IMG/VR virus record: IMGVR_UViG_2718218361_000004
Length of the DNA stretch: 38,014 bases
Strand: one strand, 5' to 3'
DNA from: a virus
Taxonomy: Duplodnaviria > Heunggongvirae > Uroviricota > Caudoviricetes
Position numbers and translations under genes: made by a program. The notes beneath the pieces were generated by a model. It was not told where the DNA came from and did no database searches. It saw only the letters and a list, made by a program, of their open reading frames with translations. Position 1 is the first letter of the stretch; each line of letters opens with the position of its first letter. Positions 19,456 through 28,977 of this stretch are shown here, piece after piece.

Positions 19456-19919
19456 CAGATAAGCTCCACTGTGCAGTGCGGCGCATCCTGCACCCGGCTG
19501 ATGGCCCAGCGGGCGTCACGCCACAAATCACCGCTTGCTTCCGCCAGTTCCTCGCCCCGCTTCACACCGGACGCCGTGGCGTCATAGTCCTGGTAACGTT
19601 CGTTGAGCATGGCGCGTGCCCAGCAGTAAACCGCGTTGAAATAGTGCTGAATGCGCTCACTTTTGCCGTCCAGCTGTTCCGCCGGAACCTCAGCCAGCGA
19701 CACATACCCCAGCATCTGCTGACGTCTGCGAAACTCATACAGCTCTGCGTTGACCTCCGAAATTGCCGACAGCGCAACCTGCTTTAAACGCGGCTGCGTC
19801 ACCGTGCCGTCAGTGCGCATGACACTGCGAAACTCCGACAGGTCCACATCAGGCCAGAACGGCGTATTTCTGATGATTTCCGCCTGTTCCGGTGCCTGTT
19901 CTGGCGCAACAAACTTCAT
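19455..19919 (-). CDS. head completion/stabilisation protein gpL
   Basis: Start at MKFVAPEQ (ATG 19919), preceded by AGGAGA with 7-nt spacing; the track ORF begins further upstream. Confidence 0.78.
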   Translation of the reverse strand: MKFVAPEQAPEQAEIIRNTPFWPDVDLSEFRSVMRTDGTVTQPRLKQVALSAISEVNAELYEFRRRQQMLGYVSLAEVPAEQLDGKSERIQHYFNAVYCWARAMLNERYQDYDATASGVKRGEELAEASGDLWRDARWAISRVQDAPHCTVELI

Positions 19920-20014
19920 GCTGCTTTCTCCTGAAATAGAGGGCGGTGGACGGGGTTTTGATGTGGCAGTGCCTTTCGCCACCCCGTGCCGCCCGTGCGC
20001 GGGGGCACGTTCTG

Positions 20015-20665
20015 TCAGCGGCTGTCATTGCGCAGTCTGCGCTCCAGCTGCTGTTTGTCTTTTTTCACGCCACAGCGGGGATCGAGCTGTAACGCATGGT
20101 TGAGATGATTAAGGGCGGAAGCCGGATTGCTTTCACTCAGGACAGCGCCAATCGCTTTATGCAGACGCGCCCGTGACTGGTCCGGCATATCCAGACCGTC
20201 TGTCAGCTCCAGCGTCTGCAGCAACAGATCGGCATCAAAGCCGGTGGCGGCAAGCATTGCGCTCTGCGCGGCGTCTGCCATTTCCTCTGCCAGCACGGTC
20301 TGCACGTTGCGGTTACCCAGCGGCATCACCCAGCCATGACGCAGGGCATGACGCCCGATCTCCAGCGCCCCGGCATAATCTCCGGCATCAATGCGCCACA
20401 GCATCACGTACATCAGCACGTCATCCTGTTGAGCGCCTCCGGCAGCCAGGACGCCCTCCGCCCAGGCGGCATATTTCGGCAGCAGCTCCACCTTTATTTC
20501 CGCTTTTTTCACCGTGGACTGAACGCCCTTGAGACGGCGGCGGTCTTCCGCCAGTTGCAGCAGCATCAGGTCATAGCCCGACGCGTGGCGAACACTGCCG
20601 CCCTCACGGGCGGCCTGTTCAGCCTGAACGCGCAGGCGATGCTGCCGTGCGGGACTCAGGCTCAT
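20015..20665 (-). CDS. terminase endonuclease (small) subunit gpM
   Basis: 216-aa ORF at the P2 M position between N and L. Confidence 0.8.
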   Translation of the reverse strand: MSLSPARQHRLRVQAEQAAREGGSVRHASGYDLMLLQLAEDRRRLKGVQSTVKKAEIKVELLPKYAAWAEGVLAAGGAQQDDVLMYVMLWRIDAGDYAGALEIGRHALRHGWVMPLGNRNVQTVLAEEMADAAQSAMLAATGFDADLLLQTLELTDGLDMPDQSRARLHKAIGAVLSESNPASALNHLNHALQLDPRCGVKKDKQQLERRLRNDSR

Positions 20666-20668
20666 GGT

Positions 20669-21727
20669 TTACGCTCCGGCTTCTGCTGCGGCGGCGCTGA
20701 AGTCGCCAATCTGGATGTTTTCCACCAGTGCGGCGCAGCGGTAGTCCTCAACCACATAGGCTTCGTTAACGGATTCAAAGTTTTCAATCCGGTCACGTTT
20801 CGGGTTGTCGATAACTGAGCGGCGGCGGGTGTCTTCCTGCCAGTAGATGGACAGGTTATCCAGACGGGTGATCAGCAGTGCATTCGGCGGGAAGAACGGC
20901 GCACGCACGGCCTGCAGGCCACCCATGCGTTTCTGACTGATGATCATATCGGCAGCCAGTTTTTCACTGTTTTCCTGCTCTTTGTTAACCAGCGGGAAAT
21001 ACTTGTCAGACAGCAGTTCACGCCCGCAAATCACCACCAGATCGTCATCGTCCTGGTAGACCACGTCGATAAGCTCATTGACGGCATCCATCACCACGGC
21101 GTCCAGGTTGGCATATTCGCCACCTTTCCCGACTTTCACCGCACCCGGTGTGGTTTCACCGCCCGTGGTGGTGCTGCCCATGACGTGATCCGGTGCATCC
21201 TCACGGATTTTCTGCAGCCAGCCTTTATTCACATCCTGCAGTAGCGGGTTTTCGCTACGGTTGGAGGTTTTCGCACGCTTCACGCCGTTAAAGCCGATCA
21301 TGATGCGGTCCAGTGCCTGACGTTTCACGATGGCGTCACGGATACGTACCTGAAAATCCTGAAACTTCGCCCACAGGTCCAGCTTCGCGTAGGTCAGTAC
21401 CGTGTCAAAGTTGGTCTGCTCGCATTTATATTCCACATCGACCATCAGCGTCGGATCGACAGGTTCACGCTCTTTCGCGGTGGTATCAGTGGTTCCGGCA
21501 ATGGTGCTGCCAACTCCCAACCCCAGCAGCTGACCGGACTGCTCAGTCACTGGCGTGACGTTAATCAGCGTCAGGAAAGCGGCGGACTGCTGGATCTGGT
21601 CTTCCAATGTCTGCTGCACGGACGGCTCTACGGTGAACTTGCTGGACAGTTCTTCAACTGCCACACCGTTCAGACGCGCCAGTTGCTGCAGGTAAGCGTT
21701 AAAAGCAAAGCGGGTATTCTTCTTCAT
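20669..21727 (-). CDS. major capsid protein gpN
   Basis: 352 aa (P2 N is about 357) directly after the scaffold gene. Confidence 0.88.
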   Translation of the reverse strand: MKKNTRFAFNAYLQQLARLNGVAVEELSSKFTVEPSVQQTLEDQIQQSAAFLTLINVTPVTEQSGQLLGLGVGSTIAGTTDTTAKEREPVDPTLMVDVEYKCEQTNFDTVLTYAKLDLWAKFQDFQVRIRDAIVKRQALDRIMIGFNGVKRAKTSNRSENPLLQDVNKGWLQKIREDAPDHVMGSTTTGGETTPGAVKVGKGGEYANLDAVVMDAVNELIDVVYQDDDDLVVICGRELLSDKYFPLVNKEQENSEKLAADMIISQKRMGGLQAVRAPFFPPNALLITRLDNLSIYWQEDTRRRSVIDNPKRDRIENFESVNEAYVVEDYRCAALVENIQIGDFSAAAAEAGA

Positions 21728-21743
21728 CAGGTTTTGTGCTCCA

Positions 21744-22577
21744 TCAGCAATTGGTCAGAGTGTCAGCGGGGGCGTTACCGCCTGTTGCACGCTGGCGGTA
21801 GTCCTGGCGGCTGTCTTCATGGCTCAGCTTGTCCACCAGTTCGTTAAAGGCGGTCTGCTGTGCCTGCAGGGCAGTCTCCAGCTCAGACAGGCGTTCTTCC
21901 TGCTCAGACAGGGATTTTTCGGTGCGCGCACTCAGGTTCTGCTGCTCAGTGGCGACCAGTTCCACGGCCTTATGCACATCAGAGAACCGGGCGTCATCGG
22001 ACTGCTCTTTTTTGGTGAACAGCGCCGTGACACGGGCAAACAGGGACGGTTTGTCATCCTGGATTTCTTCCAGTTCGATCACCGTTTCCTCTGCAGCGGT
22101 AAAAAGATTGGCGGGATTCTGCTTGCGGTTTGCCAGCGGGTTATGGGCTGCACTGGCGCTGAATGTCAGCATTTCAGTGCCCAGACTGGCAGGGTCATCA
22201 GTGGCAGCCAGGCCGACCAGGTAGGCTTTGCCCGTATCAGCAAACTTCGGGCTGACTTCCATAGAGGTGAATAATTTCTGGCCTTTTTTCACCAGTTCCA
22301 CCAGGGACTCCGTTGGCTCAACGTCGGCATACAGCGCCATCTTGCCTGCCAGCGGACCTTCCGTGATTTCTTCAGCAAACAGCGCAGTCACCTTGCCGTA
22401 GCGGTTAAAGGTGCTGTCCGGCAGATAAGACTTGATGTGCTCAAGGTTAATCAGCGCGGTATACACCGCCGGGTTGTAGCTGGCTGCCATCTGTTCCAGC
22501 CATTCACGCTGGATTTCGCGTCCGTCGGTGGTGGCACCTTCCACCCCGATGCGAAAACGCTTTGCTTTCACTGTCAT
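21744..22577 (-). CDS. capsid scaffolding protein gpO
   Basis: 277-aa acidic coiled-coil-rich ORF, divergent from P. Confidence 0.85.
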   Translation of the reverse strand: MTVKAKRFRIGVEGATTDGREIQREWLEQMAASYNPAVYTALINLEHIKSYLPDSTFNRYGKVTALFAEEITEGPLAGKMALYADVEPTESLVELVKKGQKLFTSMEVSPKFADTGKAYLVGLAATDDPASLGTEMLTFSASAAHNPLANRKQNPANLFTAAEETVIELEEIQDDKPSLFARVTALFTKKEQSDDARFSDVHKAVELVATEQQNLSARTEKSLSEQEERLSELETALQAQQTAFNELVDKLSHEDSRQDYRQRATGGNAPADTLTNC

Positions 22578-22655
22578 GAGCCGTGCTCCGTTAGAAAAAA
22601 CTTACTGGAGCCTTATGGTTGCGGTGATGGGGGCAGTGAAACAATGCGCGGTATT

Positions 22656-22673
22656 TGTACCGACAACCACACA
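22656..22673. promoter_or_regulatory. TGT-N12-ACA dyad in the divergent O/P promoter region
   Basis: TGTaccgacaaccacACA inside the 142-bp O-P intergenic region; could serve PO and/or PP. Confidence 0.4.
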
Positions 22674-22719
22674 AACCGCAGGCGGGGAAAGCCTTCATTC
22701 AAGGCTGTAGGTTTGTGCC

Positions 22720-24486
22720 ATGAACACCACACTGACACCCGCAGATCTCGATCCCCGTCGGCAGGCCATGCTGCTGTACTTTCAGGGATACCGCGTCGCC
22801 CGCATTGCTGAAATGCTGGGCGAGAAAGTTGCAACCGTTCACAGCTGGAAAAAACGCGACAAGTGGGGTAACTATGGGCCGCTGGATCAGATGCAGCTCA
22901 CCACCGCCGCACGCTACTGCCAGCTCATTATGAAGGAGCACAAAGAAGGGAAAGATTTCAAAGAAATTGACCTGCTGGCACGCCAGTCTGAGCGCCACGC
23001 GCGGATCGGCAAGTTTAACAATGGCGGCAACGAAGCCGACTTAAACCCTAACGTTGCCAACCGCAACAAAGGCCCACGTCGTCAGCCGGAAAAGAATGTT
23101 TTCACCGATGAACAGATTGAGAAACTGGAAGAAATCTTCCATTCCTCTATGTTCAACTACCAGCGCCACTGGTGGGAAGCCGGAAAAACCAACCGCATCC
23201 GCAACCTGCTGAAGTCACGCCAGATCGGCGCGACCTTTTACTTTGCCCGTGAAGCCCTGATTGACGCCCTGCTGACCGGGCGTAACCAGATTTTCCTTTC
23301 TGCCAGCAAGGCTCAGGCCCACGTCTTTAAACAGTACATCATCGACTTTGCCAAAGAAGTGGAGGTGGAGCTGAAAGGCGATCCGATGGTGCTTCCTAAC
23401 GGGGCCACGCTTTACTTCCTCGGCACCAATGCCCGCACGGCCCAGAGTTACCACGGCAACCTGTATCTGGATGAATATTTCTGGATACCGAAATTCCAGG
23501 AGCTGCGCAAAGTGGCTTCCGGTATGGCTATTCACAAAAAATGGCGACAAACCTATTTTTCCACGCCATCCAGTCTGACACACAGTGCTTATCCGTTCTG
23601 GTCCGGTGCGCTGTTCAACCGTGGGCGCAACAAAGCCGATAAGGTGGACATCGACCTGTCCCACAGCAATCTGGCCCCCGGCCTGCTGTGCGCAGACGGG
23701 CAATACCGCCAGATAGTCACCGTGGAAGATGCGGTGCGCGGCGGCTGTAACCTGTTCGACCTCGACCAGCTACGCATGGAGTACAGCCCAGACGAATACC
23801 AGAACCTGCTGATGTGCGAGTTTGTGGACGATCTCGCGTCCGTGTTTCCGCTCAGCGAGCTGCAGGCGTGCATGGTGGACAGTTGGGAAGTCTGGACCGA
23901 CTTTCATGCACTGGCGCTGCGCCCGTTTGGCTGGCGCGAAGTGTGGATCGGTTATGACCCGGCAAAAGGTACGCAAAACGGCGACAGCGCTGGATGCGTG
24001 GTGGTGGCACCGCCAGCCGTGCCGGGTGGTAAGTTCCGCATTCTTGAGCGTCACCAGTGGCGCGGGATGGACTTCCGCGCCCAGGCTGACGCCATCAAAA
24101 AACTTACCGAACAGTACAACGTGACTTATATCGGTATCGACTCAACCGGCGTTGGTCACGGGGTTTACGAGAACGTGAAAGCGTTCTTTCCTGCCGTCCG
24201 GGAGTTTGTCTACAACCCCAACGTTAAAAACGCCCTGGTACTCAAGGCCTACGACATTATCAGCCACCGCCGTCTGGAGTTTGACGCCGGGCACACCGAC
24301 ATTGCGCAGTCATTCATGGCAATCCGTCGCGCAACCACCGCCAGTGGCAACCGCCCAACCTATGAAGCCAGCCGCAGCGAAGAAGCCAGCCACGCCGATC
24401 TGGCCTGGGCAACAATGCACGCACTGTTTAACGAACCACTGCAGGGCGAGTCCGCCAATACCAGTAATATTGTGGAGATTTTTTGA
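22720..24486 (+). CDS. terminase ATPase (large) subunit gpP
   Basis: 588 aa (P2 P is about 590), divergent from O. Confidence 0.9.
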   Translation: MNTTLTPADLDPRRQAMLLYFQGYRVARIAEMLGEKVATVHSWKKRDKWGNYGPLDQMQLTTAARYCQLIMKEHKEGKDFKEIDLLARQSERHARIGKFNNGGNEADLNPNVANRNKGPRRQPEKNVFTDEQIEKLEEIFHSSMFNYQRHWWEAGKTNRIRNLLKSRQIGATFYFAREALIDALLTGRNQIFLSASKAQAHVFKQYIIDFAKEVEVELKGDPMVLPNGATLYFLGTNARTAQSYHGNLYLDEYFWIPKFQELRKVASGMAIHKKWRQTYFSTPSSLTHSAYPFWSGALFNRGRNKADKVDIDLSHSNLAPGLLCADGQYRQIVTVEDAVRGGCNLFDLDQLRMEYSPDEYQNLLMCEFVDDLASVFPLSELQACMVDSWEVWTDFHALALRPFGWREVWIGYDPAKGTQNGDSAGCVVVAPPAVPGGKFRILERHQWRGMDFRAQADAIKKLTEQYNVTYIGIDSTGVGHGVYENVKAFFPAVREFVYNPNVKNALVLKAYDIISHRRLEFDAGHTDIAQSFMAIRRATTASGNRPTYEASRSEEASHADLAWATMHALFNEPLQGESANTSNIVEIF

Positions 24487-25523
24487 TGGGAAAGAGTAAG
24501 AAGAACCGCGCTGCGTCGACGAACCAGATCCAGCATAAAAGTCAAACTACAGCCGAAGCATTCAGCTTCGGTGATCCCGTTCCTGTTCTGGACCGCCGCG
24601 AACTACTGGACTATGTGGAATGCGTACAGACAGATCGCTGGTATGAGCCGCCAGTAAGCTTTGACGGACTGGCGCGCACCTTCCGCGCCGCCGTGCATCA
24701 CAGTTCACCAATTGCGGTGAAATGCAACATTCTGACCAGTACCTACATCCCCCACCCGCTGCTCAGCCAGCAGGCTTTTTCACGTTTTGTGCAGGACTAT
24801 CTGGTATTTGGTAACGCCTACCTGGAGAAACGCACGAACCGCTTCGGTGAAGTTATCGCCCTTGAGCCTGCTCTGGCAAAATACACCCGACGCGGGTTAG
24901 ACCTGGATACCTACTGGTTTGTGCAATACGGTATGACAACCCAGCCGTATCAGTTCACGAAAGGCAGCATTTTTCATCTGATGGAACCGGACATTAACCA
25001 GGAGATCTACGGCCTGCCCGGCTATCTTTCTGCCATTCCGTCCGCCCTGCTCAATGAGTCTGCCACGCTGTTCCGTCGAAAGTATTACATTAACGGCAGT
25101 CATGCTGGCTTCATCATGTACATGACCGACGCTGCGCAGAACCAGGAGGACGTGAACAACCTCCGCAACGCGATGAAAAGCGCCAAAGGTCCAGGCAACT
25201 TCCGCAACCTGTTTATGTACTCGCCTAACGGCAAAAAGGACGGCCTTCAGATCATCCCTTTGTCAGAAGTTGCGGCGAAGGATGAGTTTCTGAATATCAA
25301 AAATGTCAGCCGCGATGACATGATGGCAGCACATCGCGTTCCGCCACAGATGATGGGGATAATGCCTAATAATGTTGGGGGTTTTGGGGATGTGGAGAAG
25401 GCAAGCCGTGTCTTTGTACGTAATGAGTTAACGCCTCTACAACAAAGAATTAAAGAACTAAACGAATGGATAGGCGACCATGTCATGCAATTTATGAAAT
25501 ATACATTTGACGATATAAACTAA
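24483..25523 (+). CDS. portal protein gpQ
   Basis: 346 aa, overlapping the P stop by 4 nt. Confidence 0.88.
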   Translation: MMGKSKKNRAASTNQIQHKSQTTAEAFSFGDPVPVLDRRELLDYVECVQTDRWYEPPVSFDGLARTFRAAVHHSSPIAVKCNILTSTYIPHPLLSQQAFSRFVQDYLVFGNAYLEKRTNRFGEVIALEPALAKYTRRGLDLDTYWFVQYGMTTQPYQFTKGSIFHLMEPDINQEIYGLPGYLSAIPSALLNESATLFRRKYYINGSHAGFIMYMTDAAQNQEDVNNLRNAMKSAKGPGNFRNLFMYSPNGKKDGLQIIPLSEVAAKDEFLNIKNVSRDDMMAAHRVPPQMMGIMPNNVGGFGDVEKASRVFVRNELTPLQQRIKELNEWIGDHVMQFMKYTFDDIN

Positions 25524-25533
25524 TTTTAAAAAT

Positions 25534-25563
25534 AGGGTGCCATCATTTAAGCAATGGCACCCT
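25534..25563. terminator. bidirectional hairpin between convergent Q and cargo gene C
   Basis: Perfect 10-bp stems AGGGTGCCAT / ATGGCACCCT with a 10-nt loop, A/T-rich on both flanks. Confidence 0.55.
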
Positions 25564-25570
25564 CTACATT

Positions 25571-26266
25571 TTAAAATTTAGCAAGCTCCATATAAGAAAT
25601 AGCATCATTAAAGACCGACACATGTTCTTCAGGAATTATTGCCGAGGCTCCACTAGTTAGTTCAAAGCTAAATTTAGAGTCATGATATAGCCCCCCAACT
25701 TTTATTTTATCGAGTTTAAAATCATTATCCAAAACAAATTTTTTCAAATCATTTAAAGCATCTCCACTAGAATTCAGCTCTAAACACGCCCTTGTTTTAT
25801 CAGTAACAGGAACATTTGAAACTTTCACCTTTGAGATGGCGAAGACTTTGACTCCAAACTCCTCCCTAATTATTTTCATAAAAGCCTTGAGATCTACCGT
25901 CAAGTTTCCATAGGCAACATTTACCCCTTCACCTTTTGACAAGAAATCAATAAAAGACTTAACTGTCTTCGGAGGATTATAAAAAGTCAACAAACATAAT
26001 TTATTACTTAATGTTTGGATAGAAAAACCAATCTGTTCAAAAACAATCCTTTCGAACTCTAAAATATCACCAAATGGATCAGAAACTGGCTCCAACATTA
26101 TAGTTTTTTTATTAAAAGTCGCAGATATTCCATTGTGAATAGTTTCAAACTTAGTAAAACCAGCACCAATAGCATCAGAATAAGGGGTGTTTTTGATAAA
26201 ATCAAAGATCGCTTCAGAACTGGTTCTGATCTTTAATCTCATCCACTTTAATCTTAACTGTGACAT
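25571..26266 (-). CDS. cargo operon gene C, hypothetical protein
   Basis: 231 aa from the ATG at 26266 with AAGGAG 5 nt upstream; AT-rich; no recognisable motif by eye. Confidence 0.7.
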   Translation of the reverse strand: MSQLRLKWMRLKIRTSSEAIFDFIKNTPYSDAIGAGFTKFETIHNGISATFNKKTIMLEPVSDPFGDILEFERIVFEQIGFSIQTLSNKLCLLTFYNPPKTVKSFIDFLSKGEGVNVAYGNLTVDLKAFMKIIREEFGVKVFAISKVKVSNVPVTDKTRACLELNSSGDALNDLKKFVLDNDFKLDKIKVGGLYHDSKFSFELTSGASAIIPEEHVSVFNDAISYMELAKF

Positions 26267-26285
26267 ATCCACTCCTTATGATGAA

Positions 26286-27350
26286 TTAGCTAATTTCCAT
26301 TATAATAGAATAAGCTCTATTTTCAATTAATTTATTAAATCTATCGGTTTCTCTAGCTGAAAGCTTTTGAGGTTTACTGAAATATTGACCGTTAGACTTA
26401 TATTTTTTCACTCCTTTTACTAAATATGAAAAATTAGTACAGTTTAGTGGATCTCCGAATTGAGCTTCGAGTTCATAAATATCTGGGTCTGCTAGTTTCT
26501 CTTTAACCTTCCATTTTATTTTCCAGATATAAAAGCCCCTATCATAAAGATCACTAAGTTCATCAGATTTAAGAACTCCCTCTCCTTTCAGAGATGCTTT
26601 TGACACATGAACTCCAGTTTCAGTATTTCCCTCTTCTGCTTCTATTGTTTCAGGTTTTGGATGATATACATAAGCATCCGTAACATCGTCTAATTCATAT
26701 CCATCTAGGCTACGGATTAATTTATCGAAAAACAGTGTCCTAACATCTGCGGAGCTATTATGAGCAAGAGTAATTTCGTTTAATTTTAAATCAAGATTAC
26801 TGTCATTATCTTGTTCACTCTGAATCGAAATTATATGCCCGAGGAGGAGATCTTCATAATCTTTGAGATTCTCGTTATCGGGACGACGGATGCTATAACC
26901 TTTATCAATAGGCTCGATTTCAATTAAAGCTTCTTTATTTACAGCCTGCTTAAAATCGCTTTTACTATAATTGGTCGATAGATATCTTATATCTATAAGA
27001 ACTCGAGAACCATCAATAATAATTTTACAATAATCATCCTGAGCAGTTATTTCTTTTTTTAACTTCTCTGCTGCCACTATGATATCGTCCTTAGTGACAC
27101 TGGATTCAATTCTTACACATGTATTTTTTTCAGCTCTTGTCTGACCTCCGAGTAATGTTGCTATCTTCTGATGTTCATAATAATCATGAGTCATCCGAGA
27201 GTAGTTTTTGGCTAGATCTTTTCTAGGGGTTTTTTTACAAATAATAGTACCTCTTTCCAAGAAAAGATCCTGTATTTCATTTAATGTAATCTGCTTTTGA
27301 TTCAAAGCATCACATAAAGCCTTGTCAGTTACACTATGAATATTTTTCAT
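26286..27350 (-). CDS. cargo operon gene B, hypothetical acidic protein
   Basis: 354 aa from the ATG at 27350 with a GGGAG Shine-Dalgarno; its ATG overlaps the stop of gene A (ATGA). Confidence 0.7.
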   Translation of the reverse strand: MKNIHSVTDKALCDALNQKQITLNEIQDLFLERGTIICKKTPRKDLAKNYSRMTHDYYEHQKIATLLGGQTRAEKNTCVRIESSVTKDDIIVAAEKLKKEITAQDDYCKIIIDGSRVLIDIRYLSTNYSKSDFKQAVNKEALIEIEPIDKGYSIRRPDNENLKDYEDLLLGHIISIQSEQDNDSNLDLKLNEITLAHNSSADVRTLFFDKLIRSLDGYELDDVTDAYVYHPKPETIEAEEGNTETGVHVSKASLKGEGVLKSDELSDLYDRGFYIWKIKWKVKEKLADPDIYELEAQFGDPLNCTNFSYLVKGVKKYKSNGQYFSKPQKLSARETDRFNKLIENRAYSIIMEIS

Positions 27351-28411
27351 TTCGGCTCCCAAGAAATAACCTCAGAAGAAAAGAATTCTTTTACAGTAGA
27401 GACAACTTTGACATCCAGATCTTCAAGTCTCTTTTTAGCCTCTTCATCCAGTCCATACTCATGAACATACTTTTCGATCCCACGCTGAAAATGCGACATA
27501 ACTCTATTATCTTTCTCACGATACGCCAATCTTATTCTAATTTTATTTATACCATCTAAAATTTGATAATTAGAAAGCAAGTCTAGCAAATAAAAGAATT
27601 CATTATCGCTATTACCTTTTCTATTGTAATATATAACAAATCCCTCTGGATAAACCATTTCCTCAATACCTTTAGCCCTATTGAATTTATAAACAGGACC
27701 ATGTTTAATAATCATAAATGGTGATAACAAAACTTCAATAGTTGCAGGAAGGTATTTTTCAGTTACAGCAACCTTATGGAAAATAAGTTGAGGATAATAG
27801 AATCCATAATCCTCATCTGGAAATTCTTTTTTTGCAATTAAGTCATTCATATCATTCGTTACTGCCAACATATAATTAATAAGAAATGGATCAATTATAT
27901 GAATTTGCTGACCAGCACATAACGGAATCTTTTCTAAGTTTACAGCCTTATCTCTCCTTCCTTTAGTAGGTTTAGGAGGATTAAAGAAATCATAAAAATC
28001 ATGTTGCAATTGATTATCATGATTAAAAACAAATAATAAACCTCGAACTTCGAAATCAATTTGAGAAAAGTTATATTTTTCTGACCATTCCTGGCTATAT
28101 CGAGCACAATCAATTGTTTTTGCTAAAGACTCTAATGCAGACTCTATCTTTGTTGCATTAATAGAACCAGCCTTATAACTTTTCAAATCAGTATTTAAAT
28201 AAATAATTTTATTTAAATATGGATCTTTATAACTAAATACCACATCCACTGGGTGTGTGTGCTTTTGTTTTTTACCTTCAGGCTTATGTTTTGTTTCATT
28301 ATCACAAGAGAAATCTTGGTCACAGGGGCCATGCTGTTGCCACTTAAAACGACTCATAAGATCGTTAGAAATGCGTTTTGCTAAGTCTTCAATAGGGCCA
28401 TTCTCTGCCAT
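27347..28411 (-). CDS. cargo operon gene A, hypothetical protein
   Basis: 354 aa with AAGGA Shine-Dalgarno. The N-terminal region has a possible PD-(D/E)xK-like arrangement (PVDVVF…NTDLKSYK), which is an inference only. Confidence 0.7.
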   Translation of the reverse strand: MAENGPIEDLAKRISNDLMSRFKWQQHGPCDQDFSCDNETKHKPEGKKQKHTHPVDVVFSYKDPYLNKIIYLNTDLKSYKAGSINATKIESALESLAKTIDCARYSQEWSEKYNFSQIDFEVRGLLFVFNHDNQLQHDFYDFFNPPKPTKGRRDKAVNLEKIPLCAGQQIHIIDPFLINYMLAVTNDMNDLIAKKEFPDEDYGFYYPQLIFHKVAVTEKYLPATIEVLLSPFMIIKHGPVYKFNRAKGIEEMVYPEGFVIYYNRKGNSDNEFFYLLDLLSNYQILDGINKIRIRLAYREKDNRVMSHFQRGIEKYVHEYGLDEEAKKRLEDLDVKVVSTVKEFFSSEVISWEPK

Positions 28412-28446
28412 TTCATTTCCTTACTTTTGCAGACAAATCTCATTGA

Positions 28447-28475
28447 AAGATAAAGGTAAGCTTTTTGGGTTGCAA
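28447..28475 (-). promoter_or_regulatory. candidate sigma70 promoter of the cargo operon
   Basis: On the minus strand TTGCAA (28470-28475), 17-nt spacer, TATCTT (28447-28452), about 30 nt upstream of the gene A Shine-Dalgarno. Confidence 0.4.
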
Positions 28476-28509
28476 GAACTTTGGACTTGATGTGAGAAGC
28501 TTAACGCGC

Positions 28510-28528
28510 GCTCGTATCCCCGCCACGC
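28510..28528. other. candidate cos (cohesive-end) site
   Basis: Minus strand reads GGCGTGGCGGGGATACGAG. The first 13 nt match my recollection of the 186/P2 cohesive end (GGCGTGGCGGGGAAAGCAT / GGCGAGGCGGGGAAAGCAC); it lies in a GC-rich block between the tum module and the cargo operon. From memory only. Confidence 0.4.
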
Positions 28529-28574
28529 CTGCCCGCTTTATGCAGTGGTTTTCATGCACCTGCATGATCTACGC

Positions 28575-28598
28575 AAAAGCCCGCCAGTTCTGGCGGGC
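28575..28598 (-). terminator. rho-independent terminator of the SOS (tum-like) operon
   Basis: GCCCGCCAG / CTGGCGGGC palindrome followed on the minus strand by TTTT, downstream of the DinI-like gene. Confidence 0.55.
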
Positions 28599-28733
28599 CT
28601 TAGCAAAAACGATCCTCAAACGATCATGCGATCTCATGCGGCATAGACATGCACTACAGAGCTAACGCCTCGCAAGGGCTCGTTGTTCAACCTTGCTGAC
28701 GCCAGAAGCAAGTTCAGACGCCAGCAACGTTTC

Positions 28734-28967
28734 TTAATGCAGCCAGCTGTCGTCTTCCCACACTTTCTGCATAATTTTCATCACTTGTTTTCTTTCTTCG
28801 TCCAGTTGCAGTCCGGTAAGTTCCACACCGTTAGAGCTACCTTTGCGGATACGAATTACCGTTTTGGGATACAGGGGGCGCAGGTTGCGGTAAAGCTCGG
28901 ACTCCAGAGCGTCCAGGGTAGACTGGCTAATCTTCTGCTCTTTATCGATCATTATTTCAATGCGCAT
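28734..28967 (-). CDS. DinI-family protein (C-terminal Tum-like module)
   Basis: 78 aa from the ATG at 28967 with a GAGGTG Shine-Dalgarno; MRIEIMIDKEQKISQSTLDALESELYRNL…QKVWEDDSWL resembles E. coli DinI. Confidence 0.75.
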   Translation of the reverse strand: MRIEIMIDKEQKISQSTLDALESELYRNLRPLYPKTVIRIRKGSSNGVELTGLQLDEERKQVMKIMQKVWEDDSWLH

Positions 28968-28977
28968 AAAAGTCACC

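Noticed and set aside
19455-19982. Longer 175-aa form of gpL starting at 19982
   Set aside because: The internal ATG at 19919 has a near-consensus AGGAGA Shine-Dalgarno with 7-nt spacing; the upstream extension is Pro/Ser-rich and lacks a ribosome-binding site.
22714-22731. Second TGT-N12-ACA dyad overlapping the P start codon
   Set aside because: The motif has only 6 fixed bases and chance matches are expected; its position over the ATG is incompatible with an upstream activator site.
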